Shown one piece after another: positions 32,888 through 42,109 of a stretch of DNA of 64,000 nucleotides. The stretch's first letter is position 1; every line of letters begins with the position of its first letter. The DNA comes from Alphaproteobacteria bacterium. GTDB lineage: Bacteria > Pseudomonadota > Alphaproteobacteria > UBA828. Position numbers and translations under genes: made by a program. The DNA is taken from assembly GCA_965214705.1 (NCBI GenBank), contig OZ243972.1, positions 128,001-192,000 on the forward strand. Reading direction: 5' to 3'. The notes beneath the pieces were generated by a model that was not told the origin of the DNA, searched no databases, and worked only from the letters and a program-made list of their open reading frames with translations.

Positions 32888-33712
32888 TCACCGTTGGCGT
32901 TTTGCGCAATAGAATGTCGAGCGGTTGCTCTGCACGATGCGCCGCACCGCAGCCCCGCAATCGCAGCCTGGGCAGGGCTGGCCCGCTCGGTCGTACACCG
33001 CGAAGCGATGCTGAAAGTAGCCGAGCTCGCCCGATGCCTGCACGTAATCCCGGAGCGACGATCCGCCGGCTGCGATGGCCGCCTCCAGCACGTCCTTGAT
33101 CGCGCGGGCGAGCCGCACCGCGCGTCCGCCCTGAACCGAACCCGCGCGGCGCCTCGGGCTCAGGCCCGCATAGTAGAGCGCCTCGCAGACATAGATGTTG
33201 CCGAGGCCTGCGATCACCCGCTGGTCGAGCAGCGCGGCCTTGATCGGCGTGTCCTTGCCTCTGAGCCGCGCAGCCAGCGCCGGCCCGTCGAAATCCGCGC
33301 CTAGCGGCTCGGGGCCCATGGCGCTCAGCAGCTCATGCTCATCGAGCCGAGCCGCCTCGGCCAAGTCCATCAGGCCGAAGCGCCGGTGGTCGACGTAGCT
33401 CAGCACCGCGCCGTCGTCGAAGTGGAGGACGACGTGCTCGTGCGCAGCGCCGCTCGGCGCCGCGTCGACGAAGAGACGCCCCGACATGCCGAGATGAACG
33501 ATCAGCACGCGGCCACCGTCGAGATGCACCAGCAGGTACTTGCCGCGCCGCCCGAAGCTCTGCACCGCCCGGCCCGTCAGCACCTGCCCCATGTCCGGCG
33601 GGAGCGGCCGGCGGAGATCGCCGCGCCGCACCGTGACATGGGTGATGCGCCGGCCGGTAATGCGCGCGGCGAGCCCGCGGCGCACGGTTTCGACCTCGGG
33701 CAATTCCGGCAT
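32888..33712 (-). CDS. mutM: Formamidopyrimidine-DNA glycosylase
   Basis: [29 protein letters not shown]-terminal zinc finger RSTFYC. Confidence 0.97.
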   Translation of the reverse strand: MPELPEVETVRRGLAARITGRRITHVTVRRGDLRRPLPPDMGQVLTGRAVQSFGRRGKYLLVHLDGGRVLIVHLGMSGRLFVDAAPSGAAHEHVVLHFDDGAVLSYVDHRRFGLMDLAEAARLDEHELLSAMGPEPLGADFDGPALAARLRGKDTPIKAALLDQRVIAGLGNIYVCEALYYAGLSPRRRAGSVQGGRAVRLARAIKDVLEAAIAAGGSSLRDYVQASGELGYFQHRFAVYDRAGQPCPGCDCGAAVRRIVQSNRSTFYCAKRQR

Positions 33713-33761
33713 CCTGCGGCCACGGTAGCGCGGGTTCCGCCGCTGGGCTATGGTCGCCGCC

Positions 33762-34532
33762 ATGGCCTCCGCGCGCGGTGAGCACGACGCCACGGGTGGC
33801 GCCGATTTCGGCTTCCGCCGCGTCGGCGAGGACGAGAAGCCGGGGCTCGTCCGCGACCTGTTCGACCGGGTCGCCGGCCGCTACGACCTCATGAACGACC
33901 TGATGAGCGGCGGGGTCCATCGCCTGTGGAAGCGCGAGATGGTGGCCTGGCTCGCGCCCCGTCCCGGCATGGCGGTGCTCGACGTGGCCGGCGGCACCGG
34001 CGATATCGCGCGCCGGGTGTGGGAGGCGATGGAAGGCGAGGGCCGCGTCATCGTCTGCGACGCGAGCGAGCAGATGGTGGACGCAGGCCGCGAGCGCACC
34101 TGGAACGCCGGTCTCATCGGCGGCATCGAGTGGCTGGTGGGCGATGCCGAGGCGTTGCCACTGCCTCCGCGCTCGGTGGATGCCTATACGATCGCCTTCG
34201 GCATCCGCAACGTGACGCGGATCGAGCGGGCGCTGGAGGAGGCCGCGCGCGTGCTTCGCCCCGGCGGGCGCTTCCTTTGCCTCGAATTCAACTCGCGCCC
34301 GCCCGCCGGCGTGGATCGCCTCTACAATGCGTATTCCTTCGCCGTGATTCCCACGCTGGGCGCGGCGGTCACTGGCCAGCGCGACGCCTACGCCTACCTT
34401 GTGGAGAGCATCCGCCGCTTCCCGCCGCCGGAGAAACTCGCCGCCATGATGACCGATGCCGGCTTCGGCGGCGTGCGCGTCCGTTCGCTCTCCGCCGGCA
34501 TCGCCACGCTCCATTCGGGCTGGCGCGTCTAA
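33762..34532 (+). CDS. ubiE: Ubiquinone/menaquinone C-methyltransferase
   Basis: [44 protein letters not shown]. Confidence 0.96.
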   Translation: MASARGEHDATGGADFGFRRVGEDEKPGLVRDLFDRVAGRYDLMNDLMSGGVHRLWKREMVAWLAPRPGMAVLDVAGGTGDIARRVWEAMEGEGRVIVCDASEQMVDAGRERTWNAGLIGGIEWLVGDAEALPLPPRSVDAYTIAFGIRNVTRIERALEEAARVLRPGGRFLCLEFNSRPPAGVDRLYNAYSFAVIPTLGAAVTGQRDAYAYLVESIRRFPPPEKLAAMMTDAGFGGVRVRSLSAGIATLHSGWRV

Positions 34533-34547
34533 CCTGGCCTTCCCGCC

Positions 34548-36086
34548 ATGCGCCGGGCGCTCAGAAACATCGGGCGGCTGCTGCGGATCGCCTGGACCTT
34601 GGGCCGCTGGGACGCGCTCTTCCTCCTCCGCGACTTCGGCCTCGTGCCGGCGGTAACCTTTCTCACAGGCATGGCGCCCAAGAAGCGCGGGTTGGGCACG
34701 CCGGGGCAGCGGCTCGCTGGCGCGCTACAGGTCCTGGGCCCCAGTTTCATCAAGTTCGGCCAGGCCCTTTCCACCCGGCCGGACCTGGTAGGCGAGGAGA
34801 TCGCCGCCGAGCTCTCCGCCCTGCAGGACCGCCTGCCGCCCTTCGAGGCCAAGGCCGCGCGCGCCATCGTCGAATCCGAGTTCGGCGTATCTCTGGAGAC
34901 CCTGTTCAAGGAATTCACCGACGAGCCGGTGGCGGCGGCCTCCATCGCGCAGGTGCACTTCGCGGTGACCGCGACCGGCGAGCCGGTTGCGGTCAAGATA
35001 CTCAGGCCCGGCGTGGAGCGGGCCCTCGAGCGCGATCTCGAGCTCTTCTACTGGCTCGCGGAGCTCGCCGAGCGGACGCTGCCCTCCTGGCGCCGGCTGC
35101 GGCCGGTCGAGGTCATCCGCACCTTTGCCCAGAGCGTGATGATCGAGATGGATCTTCGCTTCGAGGCCGCCGCCGCCTCGGAGCTGCGCCAGAACTTCGC
35201 CGAGGATCCCAGCTTCCTGGTGCCGGCGGTCGACTGGCGGCGCACCAGCCGCCGCGTGCTTACGCTGGAGCGGGTCGAGGGCATCCCGATCGACGAGCGC
35301 GACGCCCTGGTGGCGGCCGGCCACGACCCCTACGAAGTTCTGGGCAAGGCGGCCGAGGCCTTCTTCAACCAGGCCTTTCGGGACGGCTTCTTCCACGCCG
35401 ACTTGCATCCCGGCAACCTGCTGGTGAACGCGGATGGCAACATCGTCGCCGTCGATTTCGGCATCATGGGCCGGCTCGACACCCAGACCCGGCGCTACCT
35501 CGCCGAGATGTTGCTGGGCTTCCTGATCGGCGACTACGAGCGCGTGGCCGAGGTGCACTTCGAGGCTGGCTACGTGCCGCGGCGAACCTCCAAGGCGGCC
35601 TTCGTCCAGGCGCTCCGGTCCATCGGCGAGCCGATCCTGGGCCGGCCGCTCAACGAGATTTCCATCGCCAAGCTGCTGGGCCAGCTCTTTCAAATCACCG
35701 AAGCCTTCGAGATGGAGACCCAGCCCCAGCTCCTGCTGCTGCAGAAGACGATGCTCATGGCCGAGGGGCTGACTCGCCGCCTCACGCCTGACCAGAACAT
35801 GTGGGTCTTCACCCGGCCGTTGATCGAGCGCTGGGCGCGCGAGAACCTCGGCGTTCAGGCCCGCGTGCGCGATATGGCCGAGGAGTTTCTGGAAGCGGCG
35901 GGCCGGCTGCCGCGCCTTGCCGCGCGTGCCGAGCGGGTGCTGGACGGGTTGGAGGCGGGGGTCTCGCTGTCGCCCGATACGCTGGAGGCGATGGGCGGGC
36001 GCAAGCGAGGCGGCAGCACGATGCCCATCCTGCTCGGCGTGATCGCCGCGCTGCTCGCGGGTCTCTTGGCGGTACAGCTCTTGTAA
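34548..36086 (+). CDS. ubiB: Ubiquinone biosynthesis kinase-like protein UbiB
   Basis: LGPSFIKFGQ, AAASIAQVH, VAVKILRP, FFHADLHPGN, VDFGIMG. Confidence 0.96.
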   Translation: MRRALRNIGRLLRIAWTLGRWDALFLLRDFGLVPAVTFLTGMAPKKRGLGTPGQRLAGALQVLGPSFIKFGQALSTRPDLVGEEIAAELSALQDRLPPFEAKAARAIVESEFGVSLETLFKEFTDEPVAAASIAQVHFAVTATGEPVAVKILRPGVERALERDLELFYWLAELAERTLPSWRRLRPVEVIRTFAQSVMIEMDLRFEAAAASELRQNFAEDPSFLVPAVDWRRTSRRVLTLERVEGIPIDERDALVAAGHDPYEVLGKAAEAFFNQAFRDGFFHADLHPGNLLVNADGNIVAVDFGIMGRLDTQTRRYLAEMLLGFLIGDYERVAEVHFEAGYVPRRTSKAAFVQALRSIGEPILGRPLNEISIAKLLGQLFQITEAFEMETQPQLLLLQKTMLMAEGLTRRLTPDQNMWVFTRPLIERWARENLGVQARVRDMAEEFLEAAGRLPRLAARAERVLDGLEAGVSLSPDTLEAMGGRKRGGSTMPILLGVIAALLAGLLAVQLL

Positions 36087-36090
36087 GATG

Positions 36091-36257
36091 GAGCGCGTCC
36101 GGCTTTGACGGACGCGCGACAGGCCGCGACCGCGGCCCGCCGCTTATGCGGCGCCATCGCGCGCCCGCGCGCGTGGACGCGCGACGCGGAGGCGCCGGTC
36201 GTCGCGCCCATAGGCGCGCGGACTCGCGCGACGGCCGGCTGCCGTGAGCGAAAAAAG
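36091..36257 (+). repeat. Multi-hairpin intergenic repeat, copy B (47-nt internal insertion relative to copy A)
   Basis: Collinear with 19781-19900; first stem shows paired substitutions. Confidence 0.85.
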
Positions 36258-36308
36258 CGGGAGCGCCCCGGTCTTGACACGGGCGGCCGGGCGCGGAGAG
36301 TGCGGGAC

Positions 36309-37169
36309 ATGGACGCCGACGCGATCAAGCGCGAAACCGAGCTCGTGCGGGCCGACTGGGCCGGGCGTGGGCGCCATTGGGATCGGCGGGCCGACGAGAT
36401 CGCCGAGCAGGCGGCCCGCATGAACGCGCCACTGATCGAAGCGGCCGACATCGCGCCGGGCCAGCAAGTCTGCGACATCGCCACGGGCGCGGGCGAGCCT
36501 GCGCTCAGCGTCGCAGCCCTGGTGGGTACGGAAGGCCGCGTCTTCGCCACCGACCTCTGCCCCGAGATGATGCTGGGCGCGCGGCGGCGGGCTGCCGCCC
36601 AGGGCCTCGGCAACATCACCTTCAGGACCGCCGACATGCTGGCGCTCCCCGACACGGACGGCGTGTTTGACCGGGTGATCTGCCGTTTCGGCCTGATGTT
36701 TTGCCCTGCGCCTGCGCGCGCAGCCGCCGAGGCCATGCGCGTGCTCAAGCCGGGAGGGCGGGTGGCCTATCTGGTCTGGGGACCGCGCGAGGAGACGACC
36801 ATGTTCGTCGTATTCGTCGCTGCCGCCGAGGCCGTACTGGGCCCTCTCGATACGGTGGACGACATCGACCTCGCCCGGCCCTTCTCGCTCGGCGCGCCCG
36901 GCGCGCTCGCCGAAGCGCTTGGAAGCGGCGGTTTGACCCAAGTGGAGGAGCGGGAGGTCCGCTTCGCGCCCCGTGTGCCGGCGCAGGCGCCGTTCTGGCA
37001 GGCGCAGTTCGACATGACCTTCGGCCGCGCCCTGGACGGTACCTCGGAGGCAACGCAGAGCGCCCTGAAGGAGGCGGTGGCGGCGGGCTTCGAGCGCCTG
37101 AGAGACGGCGACGAAGTCCCGATGGACGTTCATGTGCGGATCGGCACAGGCGTGAAGCCGACAGACTGA
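36309..37169 (+). CDS. Class I SAM-dependent methyltransferase
   Basis: DIATGAGEP motif I, FDRVICRFGLMF, VLKPGG; TTGACA at 36274. Confidence 0.88.
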   Translation: MDADAIKRETELVRADWAGRGRHWDRRADEIAEQAARMNAPLIEAADIAPGQQVCDIATGAGEPALSVAALVGTEGRVFATDLCPEMMLGARRRAAAQGLGNITFRTADMLALPDTDGVFDRVICRFGLMFCPAPARAAAEAMRVLKPGGRVAYLVWGPREETTMFVVFVAAAEAVLGPLDTVDDIDLARPFSLGAPGALAEALGSGGLTQVEEREVRFAPRVPAQAPFWQAQFDMTFGRALDGTSEATQSALKEAVAAGFERLRDGDEVPMDVHVRIGTGVKPTD

Positions 37170-37276
37170 GCCCGCACCGCAGCCGGCGCCGGCTTCGGCG
37201 TGCCTCACAAAGAAATTCTTCAAAATCAGTACGTTACCCGAAATTGGGTTCGTTTTGTAAGTTCTGAATCCCAGAC

Positions 37277-37465
37277 TTACCCGGAGTGTGCGTGCTCGCT
37301 TTCCAATCGCGCGATTTCGTCCTTGAGCCGGAGTTTCTGGCGCTTGAGCCCTTGAATTTCGAGATTGTCGCCGCGGCCCTTGAGCGCGTCGATTTGCGCG
37401 TTGAGCGACTGATGTTCAGCGCGCAACGCCTCCAGGCGCTGCGCGATCGAGTCCTGATCGGTCAT
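37277..37465 (-). CDS. Small coiled-coil protein, YdcH/DUF465-like
   Basis: RLEALRAEHQSLNAQI..LKRQKLRLKDEI; GGGGG SD. Confidence 0.8.
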   Translation of the reverse strand: MTDQDSIAQRLEALRAEHQSLNAQIDALKGRGDNLEIQGLKRQKLRLKDEIARLESEHAHSG

Positions 37466-37563
37466 TCGTCCCCCTTCGTCCTGTCAAATCCGGCGCATGG
37501 CCGTGACTCCATCGATATAGTGGCAGAACGCTGCCGCGAAAAGTCGTCCCGGCGCCGCGCGGC

Positions 37564-38922
37564 TCAAATGGTTTCGAAATAGCGCTCGTACTCCCAGGCA
37601 CTGACCTGGCTCTTCTGCCAGGCGCGCCAGAGATCGAGCTCGGCCCGGCGCGAGAGCGTGTAGTGATCCACGAAGCGGTCGCTGAAGACGCGGCGCAGGA
37701 AGGCCGAGCCTTCGAAGACCTCCACCGCCTCCTCCAGGGTGGCCGGTAGCTTGGTGCAGCTCTCGTCGAGCGCCGCGTTGCCGGTACACATCGGCGGCGG
37801 CGCGAGGCCCCGCTCGATGCCGTCGAGCCCTGCGGCCAACATGCCGCCGATGGCGAGATAGGCGTTGGAATCCGCGCCGGGCAGCCGGTTTTCGAAACGC
37901 GCACCGTGCGGGGTGGGCCGGGTGATGAGCCGCATCGCCGCGCTCCGGTTGTCGTCGCCCCATGATGCGTTTTCGGGCACCCAATGCTGCCAGTCCCGGC
38001 GCCGGAACGAGTTGACGTTGGGCATGCAGAGCGCGACGAGCGCCGGCAGGTGCTCCAGCTGGCCGGCCGCGTACTGTTTCGCGGTCTCGCTCACGCCGGC
38101 ACCATCCCAGAACGCATTTTCGCCGTCCCGCCACAGGCTCTGGTGGATGTGCCCGCCGCAGCCCGGCAGATCGGCATCGAGCTTGGCCATGAAGGTCGCG
38201 ATCATGCCGCGCTCGGCGCAGAGTTCCTTGAGGTAGGTCTTCGCGCGCATGGCACCATCGGCGGCCGCGAGCGCAGGGGCATGGGCCAGCGCGAACTCGA
38301 TGGCGCCGTGGCCCAGCTCGGTATGCATCGAGACCACCGGCGTCCCCACCTCCTCCATGCGCTGCATGAAGGTCTCGAAAACGGCGCGAAGCGCCGGCAG
38401 GCGCACCAGGCTGTAGGCATTCCGCCCACGCGAGACCGGCGTGAGCGTCCCCGGCGAGAGCGGCGAGGCGTCTTCGTCCACGTAGTAGATGAAGACCTCG
38501 TACTCGAGCGCGAAGCGCGGCTCGAAGCCCATCTCGGCGGCCTTGTCCGCGGCGCGCCTGAGCATCGTGCGCGGGCATTCCGGCGTCAGGGCTCCGTCGG
38601 CGTCGTGGATATCGAGGATGGCCGCCACCGTGTCCGGCCGCCAGGGCAGGCGGCAGACGGTGGCGGGGTCCGGTTTCCCGTAAACGTCGGCGAAGCCGTT
38701 CTCGTAGGACGAGAACGGCGAGAGATAGACATCGTCCGCCGTGGTCAGGCCGTAGATGATGTTCGACCAGCCGATCTCGGCCGACAGCCCCTTGTCGAGC
38801 GCGAGAAACTTGCCGCGCAGCCCGCCGTCCAGCTCCGGCGTCTCGACCTGAACGAAACGCACGCCTTCGGCGCGCATCTGCTCGCGCACCGCCGCCAATC
38901 CCTCAGTCGCCGTACCGCTCAT
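37564..38922 (-). CDS. Glutamine synthetase-like protein (probable gamma-glutamyl-amine ligase)
   Basis: LRGK, CPRTML, ALEYEVF, HTELGHGAIEF, GGHIHQSL, DNRSAAMR, RFENRLPGAD; ATGA overlap with upstream gene. Confidence 0.88.
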   Translation of the reverse strand: MSGTATEGLAAVREQMRAEGVRFVQVETPELDGGLRGKFLALDKGLSAEIGWSNIIYGLTTADDVYLSPFSSYENGFADVYGKPDPATVCRLPWRPDTVAAILDIHDADGALTPECPRTMLRRAADKAAEMGFEPRFALEYEVFIYYVDEDASPLSPGTLTPVSRGRNAYSLVRLPALRAVFETFMQRMEEVGTPVVSMHTELGHGAIEFALAHAPALAAADGAMRAKTYLKELCAERGMIATFMAKLDADLPGCGGHIHQSLWRDGENAFWDGAGVSETAKQYAAGQLEHLPALVALCMPNVNSFRRRDWQHWVPENASWGDDNRSAAMRLITRPTPHGARFENRLPGADSNAYLAIGGMLAAGLDGIERGLAPPPMCTGNAALDESCTKLPATLEEAVEVFEGSAFLRRVFSDRFVDHYTLSRRAELDLWRAWQKSQVSAWEYERYFETI

Positions 38923-39989
38923 GCTCCCGCCCCCGTTCTGCCCGCCGCCGGCTTCTCATAGCCCACGCTGGTATAGGCCCCCGCCGGCACCAGCGACGGG
39001 TCCTTGTAGACCGACCAGCGGCAGACGCCGCCCTGCCGCGCCTCGGGCCAGGTCGGCGGGTCGATCACCCGTGTCGGATAGCCGAAGCGGCGGATCGGCA
39101 TGCGCTGGTTCAGCTGGCAGCAATGGACACAATAGACGCAGACGCCGGTCTTGCCCCAGGCCCAGTCATGGGCCTCCGTCGTCACGGCGAAGCCATACGG
39201 GGGTTCCATGCGGGGCCCATTGGGGTCATCGTCCCGGTAGGTGCGCCCGCCGGAGCCGCAGGGGTCGAAGCTCAGCACCCAGCGGTCCGCCTCCTCCGTG
39301 ATCTCGATGGCGCCCATGCGCCCCGGCCCGCTCAGGTGGCCCCGCAGCGAGAGCGCAGCGATCAGGATCAGCCGATGCATCGAGCGGGGCCACGGGTGCG
39401 TGGCGGTGTCGTAGACATCGTAGGTCTCGTACATCGGCGCCATGAGATCGTCCCAGAGCGGGCCGATGCGGCTCTCGCCCAGGTGGCGGACCACGAGGTC
39501 GAGCATGCCGTAGACCAGATCGCAGCCCCGGTCGTGAGTCTCGAGCCAGAGTGTGCGGGCGCGCTCCAGGCTCGCGCGGGCCGCGGGCGCGTCGCCGGCC
39601 GCGCAGGCCGTCCCGACATCGTCGATCGCGGCGGTGTAGGCGGCCCAGCCTGCGTGGATATCGAAGGGCTCGCCCGTCTCACCGGCCAGCAGCGCCTGCA
39701 GCCGGGCATCGCCAGCCGCAATCTCGGCCTCGCCCACGCCTTCGGCGCCCAAGTATTCCCTGATCTGGTCGGCCCAGAGGGCATAGAGCTCGTAGCCCTC
39801 GCGCGCTTCCTCGACCGTGTGGCGGGCAAGCGCCGCGGCATCCGCAAGGCGCCCGTCGTCAAGCGCCGCGGCTGCCAGGGTGTAGGACGAGGCGGCGTGG
39901 TCAGCCCATCCGCCAGCGCGCACCGGGTGCCCGATGATGGGATCGTCCACGAGTGGCCCCGCAGCGCCTCGGATCGCCTCCCCAGCCAC
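38919..39989 (-). CDS. Hypothetical protein with Cys/His motifs (LRGH, DPCGSGGR, YCVHCC, CRW)
   Basis: 356 aa, protein-like composition, translationally coupled to the GS-like gene. Confidence 0.8.
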   Translation of the reverse strand: MAGEAIRGAAGPLVDDPIIGHPVRAGGWADHAASSYTLAAAALDDGRLADAAALARHTVEEAREGYELYALWADQIREYLGAEGVGEAEIAAGDARLQALLAGETGEPFDIHAGWAAYTAAIDDVGTACAAGDAPAARASLERARTLWLETHDRGCDLVYGMLDLVVRHLGESRIGPLWDDLMAPMYETYDVYDTATHPWPRSMHRLILIAALSLRGHLSGPGRMGAIEITEEADRWVLSFDPCGSGGRTYRDDDPNGPRMEPPYGFAVTTEAHDWAWGKTGVCVYCVHCCQLNQRMPIRRFGYPTRVIDPPTWPEARQGGVCRWSVYKDPSLVPAGAYTSVGYEKPAAGRTGAGA

Positions 39990-40102
39990 GCTTTGTCCTA
40001 GCCGTACTGCAGTCCACTGCTCCGCGGCGCCGCGGGGTTGCTTCAGGGTAGGAAATCACGCGCCATCGGTAAAGGAGGCACCCGCTACGGCCTCCGGCCG
40101 GC

Positions 40103-41092
40103 TCAGCCGCCGGGCCGCTCCACCGTCAGCACCTGCTTGCCGACCACGCTGCGGCTCTGGAACCCCTGCAGCGCCGCAGGTGCCTCCGCGAGCGGCAGGC
40201 GGCGGGAGATGCGGGGCTTCAGCGCGCCTTCCTCGTACCAGCGGAAGAGATCGTCGAAATAGGCGCGGTTCGCGGCGCGGTCGCGCTGGGCGAAGGCGCC
40301 CCAGGCGACGCCGACCACGCTGATCTCCTTGAGCAGAATGATGTTGGTGTTGGCCTCGGCGATGCGGCCGGAGGCGAAGCCGATGACCAGCAAGCGCCCG
40401 TTCCACGCGATGCAACGCATTGACGTATCGAAGATATCGCCGCCCACCGGGTCGTAGATCACGTCGGCGCCGCGCCCGTCGGTCAGGGCCTTGACCCGCT
40501 CGCGCAAATCCTCGGTGCGGTAGTTGACGAAGTGATCGGCGCCGTGGTCGCGCGCCAGTTCCAGCTTTTCGTCGCTGCTTGCGGCCGCGATCACCGTGGC
40601 GCCCAGGCACTTGCCGATTTCCACCGCCGAGAGCCCCACACCGCCGGACGCGCCGTGCACCAGCAGCGTCTCGCCCTCGGCCAGCGCCGCGCGCCCGACC
40701 AGCGCATGGTAGCTGGTGCCGTAGACCACGGGGAAGGCCGCTGCGACATCGAACGGCATGGCATCGGGGATGGGGATGACGCATTCCGCCGGCGCCACCA
40801 CCTCCTCGGCCATGCAGCCGTAGGACATGTAGGCGAGCACCCGCGTGCCGGGCGCGGGCCCCTCCACGCCGGGGCCGAGCTCCGCGACGGTGCCCGCGCA
40901 TTCGAGGCCGGGGCTGAACGGGAAGGCTGGCCTGACCTGGTACTTGCCCTCGATCAACAGGAGATCGGGAAAGTTCACGCCCACCGCGGCCACGGCGATG
41001 CGGACGCTGCCGGGCGCGATCGCCGGCGCCTCCACGTCTTCGAACACAAGGGTCTCGGGCGGGCCAAAGGCCTTGCAGAGAACTGCTTTCAT
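40103..41092 (-). CDS. NADPH:quinone oxidoreductase family (MDR)
   Basis: GVNFPD, PFSPGLE, VHGASGGVG, YDPVGG, IGFASG. Confidence 0.92.
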   Translation of the reverse strand: MKAVLCKAFGPPETLVFEDVEAPAIAPGSVRIAVAAVGVNFPDLLLIEGKYQVRPAFPFSPGLECAGTVAELGPGVEGPAPGTRVLAYMSYGCMAEEVVAPAECVIPIPDAMPFDVAAAFPVVYGTSYHALVGRAALAEGETLLVHGASGGVGLSAVEIGKCLGATVIAAASSDEKLELARDHGADHFVNYRTEDLRERVKALTDGRGADVIYDPVGGDIFDTSMRCIAWNGRLLVIGFASGRIAEANTNIILLKEISVVGVAWGAFAQRDRAANRAYFDDLFRWYEEGALKPRISRRLPLAEAPAALQGFQSRSVVGKQVLTVERPGG

Positions 41093-41141
41093 GGCATGAC
41101 GTCTCGTGAATGAGGGGTCGAGCAGGCGAAGCGGGTGACTC

Positions 41142-41666
41142 TCAGTCCAGCACCGTCCCGTCGCGGGCGAGCGGCGGTGCCACGGAACCCCCGTCGAACT
41201 CCACCGTGGCGATCAGCTCCACCGAGTGGTTGACCGCGAGCCCGCGGCAGCCGATGGCAGCCCGCGTCGGCATCAGGCGCCGGCCGTACAGCTCGACCAG
41301 CAGGTCGACCGCGCCGTTGATAACGCGCGGCTGATCGACGAAATCGGGCCCCGAGTTCACGTAGCCGTGCAGATGCAGCATCCGGTGCATCCGGTCGAGA
41401 TCGCCCAGCGCATACTTGATCAGGCCGAGATAGCAGAGCATGCACTGGCGGGCCGCCTCGTAGCCCTCCTCGATCGTGCGGTCTTCGCCGAGGATTCCGG
41501 GCAGATAGGGCTTGCCGTCCTTCATCGGCGTGCAGCCCGAGAGGTAGAGCACGCGCCCGAGGGCATGGTGCGAGACGTATTTCGCGGCCGCCGGGTTGGT
41601 GCCGTAGCTGTCTTCAAGCCGGGGGAGCGTCAGGCCCGCGGCCTCGATCTTCTGCTCGATGGTCAT
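41142..41666 (-). CDS. RidA/YjgF-family protein
   Basis: LYLSG, EGYEAARQC, GYVNSGPDFVDQPRVINGA, TRAAIG, SVE. Confidence 0.85.
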   Translation of the reverse strand: MTIEQKIEAAGLTLPRLEDSYGTNPAAAKYVSHHALGRVLYLSGCTPMKDGKPYLPGILGEDRTIEEGYEAARQCMLCYLGLIKYALGDLDRMHRMLHLHGYVNSGPDFVDQPRVINGAVDLLVELYGRRLMPTRAAIGCRGLAVNHSVELIATVEFDGGSVAPPLARDGTVLD

Positions 41667-41672
41667 GCGCCG

Positions 41673-41728
41673 AGCATGGTGCGCGGCGAGTGCCAAGTCA
41701 ACGACGGGGCCACCGCTTCGGCTATACT
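41673..41728. promoter_or_regulatory. Back-to-back leaderless promoters (ridA-like on minus, small ORF on plus)
   Basis: Minus: TTGACT-N17-CATGCT-N6-ATG(41666); plus: TATACT(41723)-N6-ATG(41735). Confidence 0.55.
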
Positions 41729-41734
41729 CGCGTC

Positions 41735-42109
41735 ATGGGCAGGCATGAAGGCACGCGCGATGACGACGATCCGGCCACGCTCGCCCGCCGCTTCCTCGAT
41801 CTCTGGCAGGAAGAGGTCGCCGGTACCGGTCGGGGCGAAGGTCCCGGCGCGCTCACGCTCCGCCTTGCCGCCCTGCCCCTCGCCGTGCTCGCAGGCGGTG
41901 GGGAGAACGGCGGTCTGAATGCCCACACTGGAACCGCCGCCGCGGCTCGGGCCCAGGCCGCTGCCGCTCCATCTGGGGATGGCGCTCAGCGTCTGGCTGA
42001 GCTCTCTCGCCGCCTTGCGGCTCTCGAGGAGCGGATCGCTGAACTGGCAGCACGCGGACCCGGCGGAGGCGACGGCACTCCAGGAGAAGCTGGCAGAGAC
42101 CGATCCTGA
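41735..42109 (+). CDS. Small hypothetical protein with C-terminal coiled coil, overlapping the PhaC-like gene
   Basis: LARRFLDLWQEE N-terminal helix and LAELSRRLAALEERIAELA heptads; -10 six nt before ATG. Confidence 0.6.
   Translation: MGRHEGTRDDDDPATLARRFLDLWQEEVAGTGRGEGPGALTLRLAALPLAVLAGGGENGGLNAHTGTAAAARAQAAAAPSGDGAQRLAELSRRLAALEERIAELAARGPGGGDGTPGEAGRDRS

Noticed and set aside
41688-41696. CIRCE half-site GAGTGCCAA
   Set aside because: No matching left arm 9 nt upstream; it lies in the ridA promoter spacer. No full CIRCE seen near hrcA, grpE or dnaK.
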